Shown here: piece after piece, positions 1 through 5,826 of the stretch
Position numbering within the stretch: the first letter of the stretch is position 1
How the letters are laid out: each line of letters starts with the position of its first letter
Notes under the pieces: model-generated
Databases searched by the model: none
What the model was told of the DNA's origin: nothing
What the model saw: only the letters and a program-made list of their open reading frames with translations
DNA from: Candidatus Izemoplasmatales bacterium
GTDB taxonomy: Bacteria > Bacillota_I > Bacilli_A > Izemoplasmatales > Hujiaoplasmataceae
Length of the DNA stretch: 64,000 nt
Direction of reading: 5' to 3'
Assembly (NCBI GenBank): GCA_050949045.1
Contig: JBMNEZ010000001.1
Coordinates: 108,716 to 172,715, forward strand
Made by a program: the position numbers and the translations under genes

Positions 1-3000
1 CTGTGTTTTTCTCTTTTGCTTCTAGGAGCGGGGAGCGTATATGCGACAGTATACAATCACCATTTCTATGGCGAAGACTGGACATGGAGTCCTTCTGCTA
101 AAAGTGCTGAAGAAGCCAAGGCCAATGCAATTAAGGTTGCAGAGCAAATCGCTGCTGAAGGCCAGGTACTTTTAAAGAATGAGAATAGTACCTTGCCTCT
201 TAGTGGAGATGAATGGCTGACTGTTTTTTCTACTACCAGCACAAAAGATTTAGCTTCTTACATTTCCGGTATAGAGGCTGGAGGCTTTAAGGTACACAGT
301 ACGACCTCAACCGATGTAAGCAAGTACACTCCAAGCGATATGCGCGCACATAGTTCCAGCGATGTAGCTGTAATTATTATGAGTGGAGAAGCTGAATCAA
401 AAGGCGATTTCTTTAGTCCTGGTCCTTTTGGTGGCGGTGGTGGAGAAGGCGGATCTACAGCTAGCCTTGTCGAACCGGAAGACAATAAGGATGCTTATGG
501 CAATACTTACAAGCTTCCTAGCGGAAAAGATTTCGTACACAGGTTTTCTCCGATGAAAAAGGTAGGAGAAGAGACAGTAGCATACAAACACAGTTTACAA
601 CTTCAAAACAAAGATGAAGAAATTATTAAGTATGCTAAAGACAATTTTAAAACAGTCATTGTTTTGCTTCAAAACGATATACCTACCGAAATCGGCTCGC
701 TTAAAATTGATCCTGGCATTGATGCCATTCTACTCGCGGGGCGTTTAGGAAATTACGGACATGAGCAAATAGGCTATGTTTTAAACGGCTCAGTTAACCC
801 CTCTGGGAGAACGGTAGACCTTTGGGCATGGGATCATTCAGGGCGTCCTTCTTGGTTCAACGACGGGAATACTAACAATATTTTCAGAAATGCAACTCAA
901 GAAAGCGAATCAGATGTTTCGAATATGGGAATCACATCAGCGTTCCGTGTTGGTGAAGGATCTATATATTATGAGAGATCAGAGGCGTATTCTAAAGCCG
1001 ATGATGAAACATATCCATATTATAAGAGAAGACCGCACGCTACAGGTGAAATTACTCCTCACGTATTTACTGTGCAGTATGAAGAGGATATTTACACTGG
1101 ATACCGTTACTATGAAACCGCCGCAACAGAGGTAGCTTTGGGCAATTATGCCGCAGCTGGTTACGGCATCGACGGCGAAGCTTTTTATTACGATTCGGTT
1201 ATCTATCCTTTCGGTTACGGGCTCAGTTATACCTCATTTGAATGGGAAGTAGTGAGTTCAGACCTTAGCGAATGGGCCAGAGTTTTGGCTTCTGAAAGCT
1301 CAAGCATCAATTTCCAAACCGGCGAAATAACCGTTAAGGTAAAAGTTACCAACGTTGGTTTGGTACCGGGCAAGGACGTAGTGGAAATTTACGGACACGC
1401 ACCATATTACAAGAATGGTGTTTCTAAAGCGGAACACGTACTTGTAGGCTTTGAAAAAACTGGAATAATCCAGCCTGGTAAATCGCAGGTAGTTACTGTT
1501 TCTGTAAACGTTCAAGATCTTGCTTCGTATGATTACCTTGATGCTAACGGAAACGGCAACACAGGCTATGAGCTTGATAAAGTCGCAGATGCCGACTCAA
1601 AAGGCAACCCCTTACATGATAGCACTGGTAAATACCAGCTCCGTCTCATGAAAAACAGCCATGAATATGGCAATGACGATGCGGCTGAAATGACGATTGA
1701 TCTTGCTAGCCCTTCGAGAGATTATTTCCTTAAACTCGATGACTTCACAGGAAACAGCGTCGACAATTTGTTCTCCGGAAAAGACATAAACAACACACTC
1801 GGATATGATCCAGGGACAGGTAAAACGCTGGTTGAAGAAGGCAAAATGACGATCCTAACCCGTGCAGATTTTGCAGGAACTTGGCCTCAGGCTGCGGGAA
1901 CCACCACAGGTCCTAGCGGCGAAGAAAAAGGCTGGGATCTCGTAAGAAGCGACGAATATTACACTATGATTTCTGAGTTCGCTGATTACAACGGAGAAAA
2001 TTGGCAAGAGTTTTATAAGATAGTAAATAACGTAGAAACAATTCCTGCTGAAATAACAAATGAAGATAAAGCCGGTTTTGCTTGGTCTATTGACGCAGCA
2101 GAATTTGCAACGCTTACAACGGCTAAATACACACCTGAAGGCGGCACAGAACAAACAATTAATTGGGTACAAAGAGACCCAGCTGCCAATCTTTCTGAAC
2201 TTCAAGAAAGCGATGATTGGCTGTGGTTTGCTGACATGATCAAGTATGAGTACAATGACGGTGGTATTGGCACATACATGTGGACCAAGTTTATGAACCA
2301 GCTGACCTACAACGAGATGGTAGAATGGGTTACTAACGGTGGCAGAAGGACATCGGCCATTGATTCAGTAGGTAAGAGAGCGGCGGAATATGTGGACTCC
2401 AGTATAAGAATGGGAGGCACAAACCAAATTAGTTATGGTTATAATTCTGTTTCTAGCCGCACTTGGAATAAGGAACTTGCAAAGAAGAGAGGCATATGCA
2501 TCGGCGAAACTGCTCTCTTTGATGGAAAAGAGGCATGGTATGCACCGGCATGCGACTTACACCGTAGCCCGTTTGCAGGTCGTAACGACGAGTATTGGTC
2601 AGAAGACGGTTTCTTCTCAGGCTGGATGGCAGGCAGCGTGCTTGCGGGCACTCAGTCCACAGGAGTAATTTGTACCATCAAGCACTTTGCTCTCAATGAA
2701 AGCGAGAACATGAGACAAAGCTTACATACATACCTTTCTGAACAAACTTTCCGTGAGCTGTATCTACCCGCATTCAAAATTTGTATGCAAGAATGCGGTG
2801 CACAAGGTGTAATGACTGCATATAACTGTATTGGTGATATGCACGCATCTTCAGCTTACAATTTCCTTGTTGGTATGACCGAAAAAGAATGGGGCTTCGA
2901 CGGCTTCAATATTTGTGACGCTGCCGATCCTTGGAAAGACTTCTACACTCATGACATGAGTCTCCGCTCAGGCGGGACGATGTTCCTATGCGATTGGAGA

Positions 3001-4152
3001 GCATCCAAAGAATATACTCCCGGTGATAAAGGGAACCTTGTTCAACTTTATCCTACTGGTGTATATAACGTAACTGATAACAAAGTCTATGTTAGAGAAA
3101 ACGGTCAAGTAAAAGATTCTCCTGTAACGGTAGAATCATACACCAGCTGGTATTGGCTGCGATATCAAGTAATGCGTTCACTGTTTGTGGAAGCAAACAG
3201 CAATATCGCCAATAACGGCCTTAAACTTGACAACTTCAAGGATGCTACCTTGGCTGATGGAGCACAAGCGGTGGCCTATACAGCTAATATTGGGCTTGAA
3301 GGCGCAGATGCTTCTATTAGTACTTACACAGTAACTAGCGGCGCATTACCCAAAGGCTTATCAATTTCTAACGCCGGTGCGGTTACAGGCACTCCCACCG
3401 AAGCAGGCGAGTTCACATTTAAGGTTAAATTCGTAAACGGATACTGGATTACAAAAGAAGCTACTTTCAATTTAACTGTGACCCCTTGCTTTACGATTGG
3501 TAGCGAAACTGAATTGAACGCTTTAGAAGTTGGCGCTGCTTTTGAAGGCTATATTGAATCAGAAGTAATTAAGATTGATGATACCTATACTTCCATAACA
3601 TATGAACTTGCTCAAGGAAGCGCACTGCCCGAAGGGCTTACACTTTCAAAAACCGACGGCTTGATTTCGGGTACGCCTACGGTTCCGGGAACTTATAGTG
3701 TTACGTTTAATATAACACCTAAAAAAGCATCATCCGGCGGTGGTGGCGGCGGCTTCCCATGGGGTCCACGTCCAGGCAGCAGTTCAACTGTTTACAATTA
3801 CACGGTCACTTTCGTTGTAACCGGAGATCCAATTGTTGAACCTAGCGGTCCCTTCTTCAGAATTGTTGATGGATTTGTTGAATATTCTGAAGATAACGAA
3901 ACTTGGGTACAAGTAATTGAGGTATCCGAACTGCAAGGCGACAAGGGCGACAAGGGCGACAAGGGCGATAAAGGTGACAAGGGCGACAAGGGCGATGCTG
4001 GCGCAGCTGGTCCTGCCGGTCCTGCCGGTCCTGCTGGAAAAGATGCAGAACCGGTAAGCGGATGCGGAAGCTCGCTAACCGGAACCGGAATCCTCGTTAC
4101 CGGATTGCTGTCTCTCGGAGTACTATTCTTAAAACGCAGGAAGTCTGATTAA
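1..4152 (+). CDS. Giant secreted GH3-family glycosidase A (5'-partial): permuted GH3 core, 2 He_PIG-type Ig domains, collagen-like stalk, Cys-containing C-terminal sorting signal
   Basis: Frame 1 is open from nt 1 (LCFSLLLLGAGSVYA/T looks like the end of a signal peptide), so the real start lies upstream and the track's TTG at 16 is internal. GH3 motifs occur in reversed order. First LLKNENSTLPL and NPSGRT (alpha/beta-sandwich domain). Then [12 protein letters not shown] and GKDVVEIY (Fn3-like). Then HRSPFAGRNDEYWSEDG, KHFALNESE and WGFDGFNICDA (barrel domain). Two LP.GL...G.(V/I)(T/S)GTPT units, (G-X-Y)12, and the terminus PVSGCGSS + TM + KRRKSD. Confidence 0.85.
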   Translation: MCFSLLLLGAGSVYATVYNHHFYGEDWTWSPSAKSAEEAKANAIKVAEQIAAEGQVLLKNENSTLPLSGDEWLTVFSTTSTKDLASYISGIEAGGFKVHSTTSTDVSKYTPSDMRAHSSSDVAVIIMSGEAESKGDFFSPGPFGGGGGEGGSTASLVEPEDNKDAYGNTYKLPSGKDFVHRFSPMKKVGEETVAYKHSLQLQNKDEEIIKYAKDNFKTVIVLLQNDIPTEIGSLKIDPGIDAILLAGRLGNYGHEQIGYVLNGSVNPSGRTVDLWAWDHSGRPSWFNDGNTNNIFRNATQESESDVSNMGITSAFRVGEGSIYYERSEAYSKADDETYPYYKRRPHATGEITPHVFTVQYEEDIYTGYRYYETAATEVALGNYAAAGYGIDGEAFYYDSVIYPFGYGLSYTSFEWEVVSSDLSEWARVLASESSSINFQTGEITVKVKVTNVGLVPGKDVVEIYGHAPYYKNGVSKAEHVLVGFEKTGIIQPGKSQVVTVSVNVQDLASYDYLDANGNGNTGYELDKVADADSKGNPLHDSTGKYQLRLMKNSHEYGNDDAAEMTIDLASPSRDYFLKLDDFTGNSVDNLFSGKDINNTLGYDPGTGKTLVEEGKMTILTRADFAGTWPQAAGTTTGPSGEEKGWDLVRSDEYYTMISEFADYNGENWQEFYKIVNNVETIPAEITNEDKAGFAWSIDAAEFATLTTAKYTPEGGTEQTINWVQRDPAANLSELQESDDWLWFADMIKYEYNDGGIGTYMWTKFMNQLTYNEMVEWVTNGGRRTSAIDSVGKRAAEYVDSSIRMGGTNQISYGYNSVSSRTWNKELAKKRGICIGETALFDGKEAWYAPACDLHRSPFAGRNDEYWSEDGFFSGWMAGSVLAGTQSTGVICTIKHFALNESENMRQSLHTYLSEQTFRELYLPAFKICMQECGAQGVMTAYNCIGDMHASSAYNFLVGMTEKEWGFDGFNICDAADPWKDFYTHDMSLRSGGTMFLCDWRASKEYTPGDKGNLVQLYPTGVYNVTDNKVYVRENGQVKDSPVTVESYTSWYWLRYQVMRSLFVEANSNIANNGLKLDNFKDATLADGAQAVAYTANIGLEGADASISTYTVTSGALPKGLSISNAGAVTGTPTEAGEFTFKVKFVNGYWITKEATFNLTVTPCFTIGSETELNALEVGAAFEGYIESEVIKIDDTYTSITYELAQGSALPEGLTLSKTDGLISGTPTVPGTYSVTFNITPKKASSGGGGGGFPWGPRPGSSSTVYNYTVTFVVTGDPIVEPSGPFFRIVDGFVEYSEDNETWVQVIEVSELQGDKGDKGDKGDKGDKGDKGDAGAAGPAGPAGPAGKDAEPVSGCGSSLTGTGILVTGLLSLGVLFLKRRKSD
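3937..4044 (+). repeat. Collagen-like (G-X-Y)12 tract; first six triplets are a 9-bp GGCGACAAG-type tandem repeat
   Basis: In-frame [36 protein letters not shown] read directly from the sequence. Confidence 0.9.
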
Positions 4153-4283
4153 CAAAAGAAACAAGCAATAAAGATTTTAAGACAATAGAAAGAATCAATT
4201 AAGCAGGCGGATATGTTGGGATTATTCTTTAATGCGCGGTAAAATATCGTTGTGATAAAGAATATCCCAACATTATCCGTTAT
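3967..4283. repeat. Arm A of a 317-bp near-identical inverted repeat (partner 21825-22141)
   Basis: The reverse complement of 21825-22141 aligns base for base (x+y=26108). I found 2 substitutions by eye. The repeat covers the last collagen triplets, the sorting signal, the stop codon and 131 bp of intergenic DNA including a hairpin. Confidence 0.9.
4213..4273 (+). promoter_or_regulatory. Intercistronic stem-loop (18-19 bp stem, 24-nt loop) between giant GH3 A and its lipoprotein gene; possible partial terminator or RNA-stability element
   Basis: ATGTTGGGATTATTCTTTA (4213-4231) pairs with TAAAGAATATCCCAACAT (4256-4273) with one bulged T. There is no clean T-tract after it. Confidence 0.45.
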
Positions 4284-4311
4284 TGTCAAATATTTGGAGT
4301 AAGTGTAAATA
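4283..4311 (+). promoter_or_regulatory. Candidate sigma-A promoter for lipoprotein A / GH3 A'
   Basis: TTGTCA, 17-nt spacer, TAAATA, located ~70 nt upstream of the ATG at 4380. Confidence 0.3.
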
Positions 4312-4379
4312 TTGTTTGAAAAAGCATTATTATGTTTGTATGCGACTATGTAAACGACAAAATAAATGTGAGGAAATCT

Positions 4380-5810
4380 ATGAAACAAAAAAAGATGGCA
4401 ACAACGCTCTTATCGTTTTTTCTGCTTTTTGTATTAGCATTGACCGTAGCTTGCACGAATTCTACGACGACGCAGCTTAGCATTACCTTTGATTTGAACT
4501 ATGAAAATGCTACTAGTCTGACGCAAAAAGTTTCTTACGGCGAATATCCCACAAAACCTGCTGATCCTCAAAGAGCAAAGTACGCCTTTTTAGGCTGGTA
4601 CAGTGATAAAGATTTCCAACAGGAAGCAGATTTTGGCCAAGCCATTTCTACCAATGTAACATTTTATGCAAAATGGGAACTAAGACAAGTAACAGTTATT
4701 TTTGATTATAACTATCCCGGCTCGGCTTCATCTAACCTTGATATAGACATTGGCGGTAATGCATCACGTCCGAAATCGCCCACGAGAGAAAACTACTTGT
4801 TTATCGGCTGGTTTACCGATGCCGAAGGAAATGATGAATTCGATTTTGATATTACCCTAATGGAAGACATTACTGTTTATGCAAAGTGGGAAGAGGTAAA
4901 TAATTCTGTTCACGAGCATGTCGATGCGGATAATGACAATATATGCGATGAATGCGGGGAACCGATTTCTGCTCATGAGCATATTGATGCGAATAATGAC
5001 AATATATGTGATGAATGCGGTAAAAAAATTGACGATAACATTATAACGTTAACATATTTTTGGAATTATGAAGGTGCTCCTGATAATGGAGTGTATGACA
5101 CAATTTATATGACCAAGAATAGAAAACCAAGCAAAATTAAAGCCAATCGGGATGGTTATTTTTTCTACGATTGGTTTACCGACCAAGAACTTACAAACAG
5201 GTTTGACATAAATGAAAGAGTAAATGAGGATATGACTTTGTATGCGTGCTGGTATTCAATTTACACCTTTGAAGCAGAGTATACATATCTTGAAGAAATG
5301 GAAGGTCTAGGATATTCGGGTGATGCGTCTGGACTTAATGTGATAGAGCCTGATCATTACTCAATGAATGCCAGCAACGGCTATTATGTTGGCTGGCTGT
5401 TTAATCCCGGACTTACAATAGAGTTCAACTTGACTTGCTCCGAGAGTACGGATACTGCTCATCTGGCGCTGAGGCTCAGCGCAGAGTTTCAGGATCTGAT
5501 ACTTAATTGGAAAGAGTTTACCGTTCAGGTGAATGGCACTAATTTGGTGTATGACGATATTTATTTTCTCAATGTTCCTGATGGTTCGGCAGATACAAAA
5601 CGTCCATTTACTACGCACATCGTATCTAATAGAGTAACCCTTAACGAAGGTGAAAATGTTATTAAACTGATAGTAAGCAACGAAAACAAGGGCGAGGGCG
5701 GCACAATGAGGGCTTCTGCGCCTATGGTAGACTGCATAATAATTTATTCTGACGCTCTAGTTGAATGGGGCGAAGGTTATCCCTTGACCGATAATCTCGA
5801 TGGCAGATAA
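4380..5810 (+). CDS. Surface lipoprotein A: Listeria-Bacteroides (InlB B-type) repeats plus C-terminal CBM6/35-like beta-sandwich
   Basis: I prefer the start at the second in-frame Met (GAGGAA, 5 nt, ATG). Signal peptide MKQKKMATTLLSFFLLFVLALTVAC with a lipobox Cys. Three F.GW(Y/F).D...F......(V/I)T.YA.W repeats. C-terminal YTFEAEY...VQVNG...LNEGENVIKL...VDCIIIY. Confidence 0.8.
   Translation: MKQKKMATTLLSFFLLFVLALTVACTNSTTTQLSITFDLNYENATSLTQKVSYGEYPTKPADPQRAKYAFLGWYSDKDFQQEADFGQAISTNVTFYAKWELRQVTVIFDYNYPGSASSNLDIDIGGNASRPKSPTRENYLFIGWFTDAEGNDEFDFDITLMEDITVYAKWEEVNNSVHEHVDADNDNICDECGEPISAHEHIDANNDNICDECGKKIDDNIITLTYFWNYEGAPDNGVYDTIYMTKNRKPSKIKANRDGYFFYDWFTDQELTNRFDINERVNEDMTLYACWYSIYTFEAEYTYLEEMEGLGYSGDASGLNVIEPDHYSMNASNGYYVGWLFNPGLTIEFNLTCSESTDTAHLALRLSAEFQDLILNWKEFTVQVNGTNLVYDDIYFLNVPDGSADTKRPFTTHIVSNRVTLNEGENVIKLIVSNENKGEGGTMRASAPMVDCIIIYSDALVEWGEGYPLTDNLDGR
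4911..5036 (+). repeat. 2 x 63-bp tandem repeat encoding HEH(V/I)DA.NDNICDECG
   Basis: HEHVDADNDNICDECGEPISA followed by HEHIDANNDNICDECGKKIDD, read in frame. Confidence 0.85.
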
Positions 5811-5826
5811 TTGAGGAGAAGTGCTA

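Noticed and set aside
3937-4044. Collagen-like repeats as a sign of eukaryotic contamination or chimeric assembly.
   Set aside because: The tracts are in frame within bacterial-type genes that have SD sites, signal peptides and GH3 domains. Collagen-like tracts are well known in Firmicutes surface proteins.
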